From Tubulanus polymorphus (taxonomy: Eukaryota > Animalia > Nemertea), in assembly GCF_964204645.1 (NCBI RefSeq), contig NC_134034.1:11916962-11980961 (forward strand): 64,000 nucleotides of DNA, given 5' to 3'. Every line of letters starts with the position of its first letter. Position 1 is the first letter of the stretch. Of the stretch, positions 12,514-24,800 are shown one piece after another. The notes under the pieces were generated by a model. The model saw nothing but the letters and a program-made list of their open reading frames with translations, made no database searches and was not told the origin of the DNA. A program made the position numbers and the translations under genes.

Positions 12514-12830
12514 GGCCTGTCTATGGTTTACTCGTTTCATGATCGCATATTTACCAAAGACATCAAATTATTTTTAAATACCACCAACGATTGTAGTAGA
12601 ATTATAGGCCCCTATATTAGAATTATAATTATAATATATTATTAGGTAACTAGGAGGGGGTTAACAAAGTTTCACTCGACAGTCTGTGTTATAATCGTCC
12701 TGTTGATTTCTGAAAAATATTATTCTTTATCTTCTGTAGAAATAAGAGATCACGATTTTCAGCGAATTTGGATACGAGACACATTTCAGTAAAATAAGGA
12801 TCGGGACTTCGTCGTGTACGGAGTGAAAAT

Positions 12831-15800
12831 ATGGCGGATAATGAAGCGTTCAGCGCGGATGCTGAGCGCGACGACGGACCTCAACCGGAGCCGCCCTCTT
12901 ATGAGCAATCTGTAACCATCATCGAGAATGGAGAACCACGGCCGAAATATTCCAGCGCTGTGGACGATAAAGGTGGCGCTACCGGTGATGAGAATTCTCC
13001 GAACGGAATCAAACCGTTAACCAACGGAAATACGCCGATTACTGACGAGAAGTAAGCGTTACGAAATAATCCCAGACCAGGGTGGCGCCACTGAACTGGA
13101 AAACCGGGAGAACTCGGGTATTAGCAAAGTCAGGGGAAACTCAGGAAATTTGAAAAATTTCAAAAGAAACCTGGAAAACTCAGGGAATTTGGATAATGCT
13201 ATTGAGTATATATCCTCAACGCGCCTTGCTGTTCCCCTAGTCCAAGATGAGACAGTCTAGCCTCGTCCAGTTGTATGAAAATCGGCACAATTTGGCGCAG
13301 GCCTTTATACCCTATGATAAGCTTTCAGTGATTGAATTATTTGAATCTCACTTTTAGGGATAAAGAAAAGACGGACTCTGAAGAAGAGGTCGCGATCAGA
13401 AGAGTAGGAATTACTGAACTTGTAAGTTTGAATATCTAGTCGATCAACGTGGGTCCCGCATCGAGAGATCGATGAGTTGTAGAGATTGATATTGATCTCA
13501 GTATTTCAATAAATGAGCAAAAAAACAAGAGTTGATGATTAAACAGCTCATTCTGACAGTTTTGGCTAAACTTAATCGGGGTCTATTTTCACTTAAAACT
13601 CGAATGTTTTGGTTATTTGTTATTTCATGTTTTCAGTGGGGACTACAATTAAAACTTGACCATTTTAAACATTAAGTTTTTCATGAAACCCGACCCTGAG
13701 AAACGAATAAATAATTCATTGATTATTTACCTGAATGGTTATTTGACAATTTTCAAGCATTCGATTGTATTCGATATTTTTCGCCAATTTTATCTCTTTT
13801 CGAAAAACAGTTTCGTTTCGCCGATAAAGTGGACGTTCTATTGATGATTGTTGGAACGGTTTCCGCGGTGACGATGGGTTGTTCGTTTCCCATCAATCTC
13901 GTCGTTTACGGCGAGGTGGCGGACATTTTTGTCGGAGACGCGCAAACGAAATTCGTAACTTCGACGGTCAACGTGACGTCTGCGACTGTGTAAGTTTAAT
14001 CTCGCTGTGTTACGATACAAACTATCATTGATGAAACACTTCATATGAAATCCGGCGCTTAGAACAAAAAATAGGGTCCTAAAAGATTGCGAATTGCAAG
14101 GGTGGATTCAATTTAGGGGGATGGATCTATAATGAAAAAAAAACTACTTTTAACTGGTATCATTCTGCTAGAATGAAAAAAGCAAGCTAAAAAAGATATC
14201 TAGTGTTTCAAGACTTGGAAATTCTGGTAGGCCAGTGTTATATTTCATGAATAGTCTGAGTCAGTGCCTAGCAGTCAATCGAAATGAATATTGCCCATCC
14301 CTATTGTTTCTGAGCGGCGCGGAGACTCGATGTTAATTCAAGAAAACCTGTCATCGCTGCTTTGTGGCTGTATTTAATTTTGGATGTTTTTATTTTCAGG
14401 TCACCGACGACGACAAATACATTAAGTCAAGTGTGGATGCTCTGCATTTTTTTCTGCGTCATCGGATTGGTCGTGTTGTTGCTAGGTTACCTGTCGATAA
14501 TGTGTTGGGTGTTGGCGGCCGAACGTCAAACGGAGAGGATTCGATCTCATTTTTTTCGCGCCATTCTACGTCAGGATATCGCGTGGTACGATTTACACGC
14601 GAGTGGCGAACTCAATACTCGTCTAGCTGAGTAAGTCTTATTCTACAGTTTCAGGGGGGGGGGGTAGTTTCAATGTTATTACGGTTTTGATGGGGTTGGG
14701 AAGCAGGAGGGATATGTCTGGATGGCCACTGACCTGGAAAACTCAGGGAATCAGAAAAATAAGAGAAAGTCGAAGGAATTTTGCCAAAAAAAAACAACCC
14801 GGAAAACTCAAGGAATTGAGATATGCTATTGACCACGTGTATACTCAGGAAATTTCCCCATTCACCTGCAGCAGATTCAATCGGGGATTTCTCCATTCAC
14901 CTGCCGCAGGTTCACTCAGGGAATACCTCCATTCACCTGCAGAAGGTTCACTCAGGGAATACCTCCATTCACCTGCAGCAGATTCACTCGGGGAATTTCT
15001 CCATTCACCTGCAGCAGATTCAATCGAGGATTTCTCCATTCACGTGCCGCAGGTTCACTCAGGGAATACCTCCATTCACCTGCAGCAGGTTCACTCGCGG
15101 TATTTTATATCTTGAGTTGAGAACTCAGGAAGTACTTGGGGGAGGGGAGTGTAATAAGAGTATAGAGGGGTATCTTTTAGGGAGGCAGTGAAATAACGTG
15201 TCAGAAAACCCAATATTGCTGCTTTGCATCCATATTTATTACGCTACTGTTTTCTAACAATAACACCGGTTTGTTTGCGTTGTTACTATAGCGACCTACC
15301 AGCGATACAGCGTGGAATCGGTGATAAAGTATCCACGTTCCTCCAGTGGACGACGACGTTCATAGCCGGGTTCGTTCTGGGATTCGCGAAGGGTTGGAAG
15401 TTAACGCTGGTGATTTTAGCGGTGACGCCGTTATTGGCTCTCGGTGCGGCCGTCATGGCTCGGGTAAGTGCACAACCGAAAAACAACACTAAAATACCAT
15501 CTCTGTCTAATGTCTGTGTTTGCAGTTTGCATTTTCAATTGAGAGATTGTCTCAGGTGAAGTTCTCAACACATGTGAAGTGTAAACATCAGTTTTTGGAA
15601 AATGTGCTCATAAAATGTCTAATGTCTGATGTTTGTAGTTCATTTTCAATTAAAAATGTCTCAGGTGAAGTACTGAACACATGTTGAAGTGTAGATGATC
15701 AGTTTTGGCCGATAAAATGTCTAATGTGTGGTGTTTGTAGTTCATTTTCAATTAAAAATGTCTCAGTTGGAGTTTTGAACACATGTGAAGTGTGGCTGAT

Positions 15801-18800
15801 CAGAAAATTGGAAGAATGCCTTCAGGGTTGTAGGATCCATGTTGGGCGTCGATAACAGTTTTGGACCTACGAACAACTAATCAGTAATTTCAACCCTATA
15901 AAACCAGCCGATAAAGTTTCAGTTTTTATCTCGTTTGTAGTTGGTTCAGACGTTCAGCGGTATGGAATTGAAAGCGTACGCTAAAGCTGGAGCTGTAGCC
16001 GAAGAGGTTCTCGGTGCTATCCGTACGGTTCAGGCGTTCGGAGGAGCTGAAAAAGAAACAAACAGGTGCAGAATGGAGTTTCATAGAGTTTGTTTCGCTT
16101 TAGGTCTTTCAGATCTTGGATTCCCAAGACTGAACCTTATTAGATTTTTCATAGAGTTTGTTCGTTTTGCTTTAGGTTTTTCAGATCTTGGATTCCCAAG
16201 ACTAAACCTTATTAGATTTTTCATAGAGTTTGTTCGTTTTGCTTTAGGTCTTTCAGATCTTGGATTCCCAAGACTAAACCTTATTAGATTTTTCATTTTA
16301 ACCTCAGGACGGTATCACAGTTTTTGAAGTGTTGTAAGTTACCAGCATTCGAACCTGCTTACCTCGAACTCGAACCGGCTTTGTTACTTAGCACTGATCT
16401 TGGTTCCCGAAAACTAACCCGCTATTAGATTATTCATTTAACCTCACGATGGTACAGTGTTTGAAGTGTTGCCCGCACACACTGTAAGCAGACGGCAGGA
16501 CTCGAACCCACTTGTCTTTCAGCACTGATACTGAAGGCAGCAGCATAAGCCTTATCCCGCTGAGAGCTACTGAGGCCGTTTTACTTAAGGCCTTTTTATG
16601 AACACTCGATTAGTATATTCGAGTATGCAAAACGTTTTTATGAGCATGGATTATGTCATAATCCGTCATTTTTATGAACATTGGTTATCATAATCGATTA
16701 GCATACTCAGCATACTCGCTCGGCGAGCAAGTATGCCGATTATCTAATCCAACCGATATGGTGTTCTCGGTAGAAGTCGCTGCTGAGTAGGCCATAATTG
16801 AATATTTCTACCTGGCGTTTTTATCAACCAACATACCCGGTTATGCTAATTGACACTAATCGGCTATATAATCTAAATAGCTAATCTATTTCGATTTTGC
16901 TGGTTCATAAAAAGGCCTTATATCATGACAACTGGTTGTTAAAAAGTTGTCGTAAAAAAGCTGTTGCTGAAAAGTTGATCGAATATGATGTTTAGAGTAC
17001 AAATATAGGTCGCCGAAACCGGAGCAGTTTTAACGGAATTTCATTTTCATCTCGTAGATATTCGAAGAATTTACTGCAAGCGAAGAAGGTCGGAATTCGC
17101 AAAGGAGCCGTATTCGGAGTCGGAGCCGGTTATTTGTATTTCATCATTTTCGGAGCGTTCGCGTTGGCGTTTTGGTACGGAGCTAAACTCGTACGCGAGG
17201 AGAACTTCAGCGCCGGCACCATTCTAATGGTACGTACACGTTTTATATGCACATCATTTGGGAAAAGTTTAAAACTCAAATTTAGGTTTCGTCGCTGTTG
17301 GTTGATTCTTGTTTTCAATGATTTACCGATGATTCTTGTTTTCACCCGGAAATCACGAAAAAGATGGGTAATTTTCTTTTCTTTGAAAAAGTCAGGGAAT
17401 AGTTACGGAATTTTCTAGAAAAACGAAGCTGAAAACCAGGGGCCGGTTGCATAGTCATGGCTTAGACTTAAGACCAGTCTAAGACCGACTTAGTTCTATA
17501 GCCAATCTAACAATTTAAGACCAGTCTTATGATTTAAGACCACTTTTGAACTTAAGTCACAACTGTGCAACTGGCCCGAGGGAAATTTGTTGAAATTGCT
17601 AGATCGCGCGTAAAATCAAACAGTTTCCATCTATGTCTTACTGATTTTATACTGCGTTAATTGATTGCATTTCTAGCGGATCAAGTCAGAGGAAACAATG
17701 TGCGTGTCGGGGAATAGTCGGGGGAAAAGCAAATAAGATAATATCGGTTACTTCGAAGACCGATCCTCACGCACCCACACGGTCCCTCAATCTATGGATG
17801 ATAATCGAACTCCTGGGCCCAGTTTCATAGACTGAGTATCAAAGTTATCCCTAGGGATAAATCCTCAATCTGGTTGACAACCACCATAGTAACAATGAGA
17901 AACCATGGTTATAACTGACAAATTTCAAAATGTTCCCAGGGACTATTTTTCTTCCATATCTATGAAACCCAGTCCTGCTGATTCAGAATAGTTGATCTCA
18001 TGTTTCAGGTATTTTTTGGAGTACTGTTCGGCGCGATGTCTCTCGGCAACGCGTTACCGAATATCGAAGCGTTTTCTAAAGCGCAGGCGGCCGCCGCGAC
18101 CATTTACGACATCATCGATCTCGTGAGTTCGCAAATCAATTTTACCCCCCAGTCGAAAATTTTCGTTTTTTTTTTTTTTTTTTTGGCGTTCTCGCGACAT
18201 ATCTCGCAAATGCGGGGATTCGAAAAAATATTGTTCCACAATTCCACTTGTTGTTTCGAAATATTTGAGAATTAGATCAAATTTTGTCTAATCCGATAAA
18301 TATTGGCGAAATTCAATTTACACTTCACGTAGCATACAATACATGTGGTTCTAAATAGTCGATAACTTAGAAGGCAACTTTCTTCAATTTGTCTTGAAAA
18401 TCACCTTCATCCACCAGTCGCCATTTAAGTCAAACTTTATCACTCGTAAAATACTTGCGGAAAACTGTGTAATTTTGGATTCATGTTTATGTGGAATGTG
18501 GAAATGGCGCGTTTGCGTTTTGAACCAGAATGAAAGGTAAATCTCTGAACTGTTCTTCGATCGTTGATAGGTACCGGAAATCGATAGCAGTTCTACTGAA
18601 GGAACGAAACCAAACATCGACGGAAATATCGAATTCTCAGACGTCAGTTTTAGGTATCCGTCCAGACCGGAATGCAAGGTAAACTCATCATAATCTTACG
18701 CTAATCGTACTTAAGTAATATATGATGTCATAGGGGGATTGATTATGGAGGTAGCCATCTTTTTTCTGGAAGAGTAGATCGGTTCGATGATATCATAGGG

Positions 18801-21800
18801 ATATTCTATGATGTCATAGGGGGATTTATGGATAGCCAGTCATCTTTTCTCGTATTTGTTAGTTTGAATTATCGTTCAGATTTTGTCCGGCTTTTCGATG
18901 GATGTTAAAGTTGGCCAGACGGTGGCGCTAGTCGGTTCGAGCGGTTGCGGTAAGAGTACGACCGTTAACTTGTTACAGAGGTTCTACGACGCCGAAGGAG
19001 GTTCGGTAAGTTCGGCTTTTTGAAAATCGGCGGAAAATCAGGGAATTTGAATTTTTGGTGTCTTGTTCTTGCTGGTGATGAGTGACCTCTTGATAAGAAA
19101 CAGCCCTCGCTGAGGGCAACTTATAATTTAATCAGGGAATATTTGGTCAAGTGTCAGGGGGTATTAGAGGATTTTGGATTCTCTGATCTGTAAGAACTTC
19201 AGTTTACAAACTATGTAGACTACAATAACCCTAACATCAAACTTTTTCAAAGACTTTCGCTTTAAGTCTGCAAAGTACATATACGATGAAATTTGTTGTA
19301 ATTCTGGCAGGTAAAAATAGATGGCGTAGACGTGCGAGATATGAATTTGAAATGGTTGCGTAATCACATCGGAGTGGTCAGTCAGGAGCCGGCGTTGTTC
19401 GCTACGACGATCGCCGAGAATATCCGATTCGGCGGCGACGACGGCGCCGTCACTCAGGCTGAGGTCGAACAGGCGGCTCGTAACGCAAACGCGCACGACT
19501 TCATCATGCAATTACCCGAGGTAACTATATACCGGGTATCTGTTATTCCTCCTCTACTGGGTACCTGCTACCTCCCTCTGCTTATTGTTCACAAGATCTG
19601 CTGATTTATTGAGCATACTGCAAAAATCAAGCTAGTTCGCGCCGAGTTTCATCGACTGGTATTATCTTAATCCTTGGTTGAGCCCGATTCATAGCTTATC
19701 GTTGTTGATCTCCGGGTCAAAAGTGAACACCAGGGACCAGTTCCGTAGTCTAGTAGCCATCTCAAATGTTTATACTGGTCTTACCGGCAAGTCGTTAAAT
19801 CGGTTATAAAACTAAGATTGTCGTAGACTGGTATTATCATGAAAATTGACAGCAGTCTATAAAACTGGTTCCTGTTGGATAACCCGTTTTAAAAAAGATT
19901 CACTCGCAAGGTTCACTCATGGACTCACCCGTGCTAGACTCACCGGTGCCAGACTTGCCCTATGCGGTTTTCTACGGGTATCTAATCTATTTTGTCGTGT
20001 GATTTATAGCGGTATGAGACCATGGTCGGAGAACGCGGAGCTCAGTTGAGCGGCGGGCAGAAACAACGTATCGCCATCGCCCGCGCTTTAATCCGTAACC
20101 CTAAAATATTGTTACTCGACGAGGCGACGTCTGCCCTCGATACCGAGAGCGAGGCTATCGTACAGGAAGCCCTGGAAAAGGTTGGTAAACCCTGAATAAT
20201 TTTGATTTTGTAATTTTGTTGAATCATTAAAATCATCTTGAATTAGTAACTAATCATAATTTTACTGAATCATTGAAATCATCTTGAGTTAGTAACTAAT
20301 CATAATTTTACTGAATCATTGAAATCATCTTGAGTTAGTAACTAATCATAATTTTACTGAATCATTAAAGTGATCTTGAATTAGTAACTAATCATGATTT
20401 TGCCGAATCATTGTTGAAGTCATCTAATGTTGAACTAATCATAATTTTACTGACTGATTTTGAAGTAATCTTGAATTAGTAACTAATCATAATTTTACTG
20501 ACTGACTGATTGATATATTTCAGGCGAGTAAGGGTCGTACGACTCTAGTAATCGCTCATCGATTGTCAACGGTTCAGAATGCCGATCTGATCGTAGCCGT
20601 TAAAGATGGCCGCGTTGCCGAACAAGGAAACCACGATAAACTAATGTCGGAACGCGGGTTGTACTACTCGCTAGTCACTAGTCAGGTAAATTGTCATCGT
20701 CACTAGTCGTGTTCGTAAATGCTAGTCACAAATACAAATGTCTATTTCAACCTGACTTGAGAGCATTCCAAGTGGCCTAGCTCAGTCAGTTTTGGTAGTA
20801 CATACCTGATTAAAGTCTTATTAGGGCCAGAATGCATTGGCAGTTGACCTAAAATATCGTTTTTTAATTCACTTTACACTGTATCGAAGGATATCCAAAA
20901 AGTCTGCATTGAAAGGGGTTCCTGAGAGAAAAGAGACTCCATGATTTGAAAGTTTAACAATATGCCTCCATGCCTACCAACTGAAGTTTGGTGTGTAGGC
21001 ATGGAAACATATTGTTAAACTTTCAAATCATGGAGTCACTTCTCTTCACTTAACCCCTTTCAGTGAAGACTTTTTGGATATCCTTCAATACAGTTTCAAA
21101 TGGATTAAAAAATGATGATTTAGGTTGACTGCCAGTCCTTTCTGGTCCTATTAAGACCTTTATCAGGTATGTACTACCAAAAATGAGCGAGCTAGGCCAC
21201 CCGGAATGCTCTCAAGTCAGGTTGAAATAGACGTTAGTCATTACTAGCGCTCGTTGAATTGTTTATTCAATTGTTTTACAGACCGAGGATTTCTAGAATC
21301 AGATACCGTAAACCCCGCCCGGGTATGGGTTTCTTTCCTCTCAATTCTCGCACATACCGTAGTATAAATATACCGACGCGAAGAATGAAAAGAATCCGAA
21401 ATTTTTCCTTGAATTAATATCTATTCTACGTTTCAACTGTATCCGTAATGATCTTTTCCGCAATTACTATTAATATCTATTTCAACTGGACTTAGAGCGC
21501 ATCAGGTGGCCTAGCTCGGTCAGTCTTGGCGCTACATACCTGATAAAAGTCTTTAAAGGACCAGAATGCACTGGCAGTTGAACTAAAACATTGAATTTTA
21601 ATCCATTTTGAACTGTGTTGAAGGATATCCAAAAAGTCTTCATTGAAAGGGTTTGAAAAGAGAATTTAACAATATGTTTACATGCCTACATACCGACCAC
21701 CAGTCGATAAAGGAAACATTTCGGATTATGACTGGCGGACTGATATTTATCTCCGTATTCAGTGTTAATGAGCAAAACCTAATCTCATTGCGTAATCAGT

Positions 21801-24800
21801 CTCTTGGTTCGGGGGCTGGTTGCACAGTTGTGGCTTTGAGTCCAAAATGAGTCTTAAGACTGGTCTTAAATTGTTACGTTGGCTACAGAACTCAGTTGGT
21901 CTGAGACTGGTCTTAAGTCTAAGCTGTGAATGTGCAATTGGTCCCTGGATTGTATATATTAAATCTCATGATTAAGTTATCGCACTAGATGAAGATGAAT
22001 TTTAGGATATACGCCAAACGTGAACATTTTCGTCCGGTTTTATTCCGAGTCTGGGATTGTATATTATCTTTACAACACGGAGTGTTTCGTAAGCGGTGTG
22101 GAATTTATAGCGCTTTATGTTTTTCCGCAATGTCTCAGTTATATCTATGAGACTTATAAATGAACACGGCTTTTGTTGATTCGGCACGGGAATCCTGCTC
22201 ACGTACGCGCGCCCGGGAATCCTGCTCATGCATGCGTGCCCACAGATCCTGCTCATGTGCGTGGGCCCGGGAATCCTGCTCATGGGCGCGTGCCTGGGGA
22301 TCCTGCTCATGCGCGCCAGCCCCTTGCCTCGATTATTGCAGTATTTATAACACTGCTTCTATTTTATCAATCTTCTGCTTCGTGATCGTATAAAATACAG
22401 GTTTCGGTTGCGACAAAAGAATTAGTAAGTTTGAAGACTGTCGTTGGTGCTGGTGTTGTTTCACTGTGACTGTAGAGTATATTCTATGCGTCCCTCCACA
22501 ACCCCCCCCCCCCCTGCACACAGTCTGCCTGCACTAGTGTTCGTTCGTTTGTATTAAACTACTGGCCTCAAATCACACACGTCTTATTACACACTATCAA
22601 CACTATTTAGATATATCCCCCTCCCCTCTCCCCTCGTTCCATGTTCTCTTAGAGAAAGTCTGAAACGTTGTCTCAGTAAATTATTGTTCTTGGTAAAAAG
22701 ATTTCATTCTTAATTACATTAATCATTTCAATTTATTAATCTTATACCTATCCTAATCGGTACCTCTGAGTATAAACTGTTCTATTCTAGGAATTATACG
22801 AGTTATATTTTCATGAATGAATTTTCAACAGCAGGTCTCACTGTTGATGTGATATTAGGATATCGATTTCATACCCTGCTAATTGAATGAAGATTCGATT
22901 CATCGGAGTTCAAATCTGACGACAGCAGTTTCTATTCCTTTGTAGGTTACGGAAAAATCACCAGAAAATGACAGTGAAGGTAAATACAAAATGCACAACC
23001 TTTTTCCACAGTTCAGGATCCAGTTCCACTGTTCTGGACCCAGTTCCACAGTTCTGGACCCAGTTCCACAGTTCCGGATCCAGTTCCACTGTTCAGTATT
23101 CAGTTTCGCAGTACGGGACTCAGTTCCACAGTTCCACAGTTCAGGACCGAGTTCCATAGTTCATAATCGAGTTCCGCAGTTTAGAATACAGTTCCACAGT
23201 TCTGAACCCAACTCCACAATTCTGAACACAGTTCTGAACCCAGTTCCACAGTTCAGGACTCAGTTCCACAGTTCAGTATCAAGTTCCACAGTTCTGGACC
23301 CAGTTCTATAGTTCAGTATCAAGTTCCACAGTTCTGGACCCAGTTCCACAGTTCAGTATCAAGTTCCACAGTTCTGGACCCAGTTCTACAGTTCAGTATC
23401 TAGTTCCACAGTTCTGGACCAAGTTCCACAGTTCAGGATCCAGTCCCACAGTTCTGGACCCAGTTCCACTGTTCAGTATCAAGTTCCACAGTTCTGGACC
23501 CAGTTTGACAGTTCAGTATCTAGTTCCACACTTCTGGACCCAGTTCCACAGTTCAGGATCCAGTCCCATAGTTCTGGACCCAGTTTCACAGTTCTGAATC
23601 AAGTTCCACAGAGTTAAACAGTTGCGGGCTCAGTCCGACATTACTAGAACTAGGTTGTGTATCAGAAATACCCAGATCTCACTGGATGCTCGGTTGTTTA
23701 TTCACTAATGATCGATGTAATTCTGTGTTTATTATTTCAGATGAAGATTCCGAATCAGAAGTGATGATTGTGAAACCGGCGTCTGCCGTCGGTTCCGGTC
23801 TCGTGCGTCGTACGTCCAGCAGCAGACACCACGAGACGTTCAGACGTCGCGGGTCACTGACCTCCAGTCAACGCAGTATTCATAGTTTACAACGTATCAT
23901 GTCCGGCGAACAACCTCAACCTGATGACGAAATTATTGAAGATGTGAGTTTTAATTGGGGATTTAGTTCCTGGGTCAGTTCCACGGGTTTAGAGTGATGC
24001 AGAGTTAACTCTCGATCTGGACCTGGATAAGGAATACTGACAGTAACTAATTCTGCTCAGTGAATATGAGGGGAACCCAGGGCCCAGTTTCACAAAAAGG
24101 TTTAACTCTTAAATCGATTTAATTTGTTAATTGATTCAGTTTATCTTAAATCGATTTAGGCCTCAATCAATCCTTTTTGTGAAACTAGGCCTGAATCTCG
24201 TTCAGCGGGGTGATGGGAACCCTGAGGAGCACTCAGCGGGTTGAGGGGAACCCAGAGTGGCGTTCAGCAGGGTGATGGGAACCCTGAGTGTTATTCAGCG
24301 AGTTGAGGGGAACCCTGAGGTGAATTCAGGAAAAACTCGGGGCATTGATAAATTGGCGAATTGTGGCAGTCCCCTGTTCAACCCGGTTCTGGTTGAAATA
24401 AGTCTATTGAATTGTTAATTTGTATTTGAACAGACAAAGGCGGCCGATAAACGAGCTGCTAAACAAGTATCCATGACTCGACTGTTGAAATTAAATCGTC
24501 CCGAATGGTTGTTTATTTTACTGGGTTGTTTCTCAGCGATCATCACCGGTGGAGTTCAGCCGGCGTTCGCGATAGTATTCAGTGAGATACTCGGGGTAAG
24601 TCGATTTCACGTCGATCAGTGGCATAACCCACTGGGTCCCTACGACTCATTAAAACGGATAATGTTTTTAAAGCTGCCTGAAACTGCTTTAATTTGAACA
24701 AAATTCCCAAGGCTTCAATTTTGAGAAATAGGCAATTATACATTCTTGTCTGGTTTGTAGTTCTATAGTAAACTACGCCTAGAAATTGGCATAATTTGGA

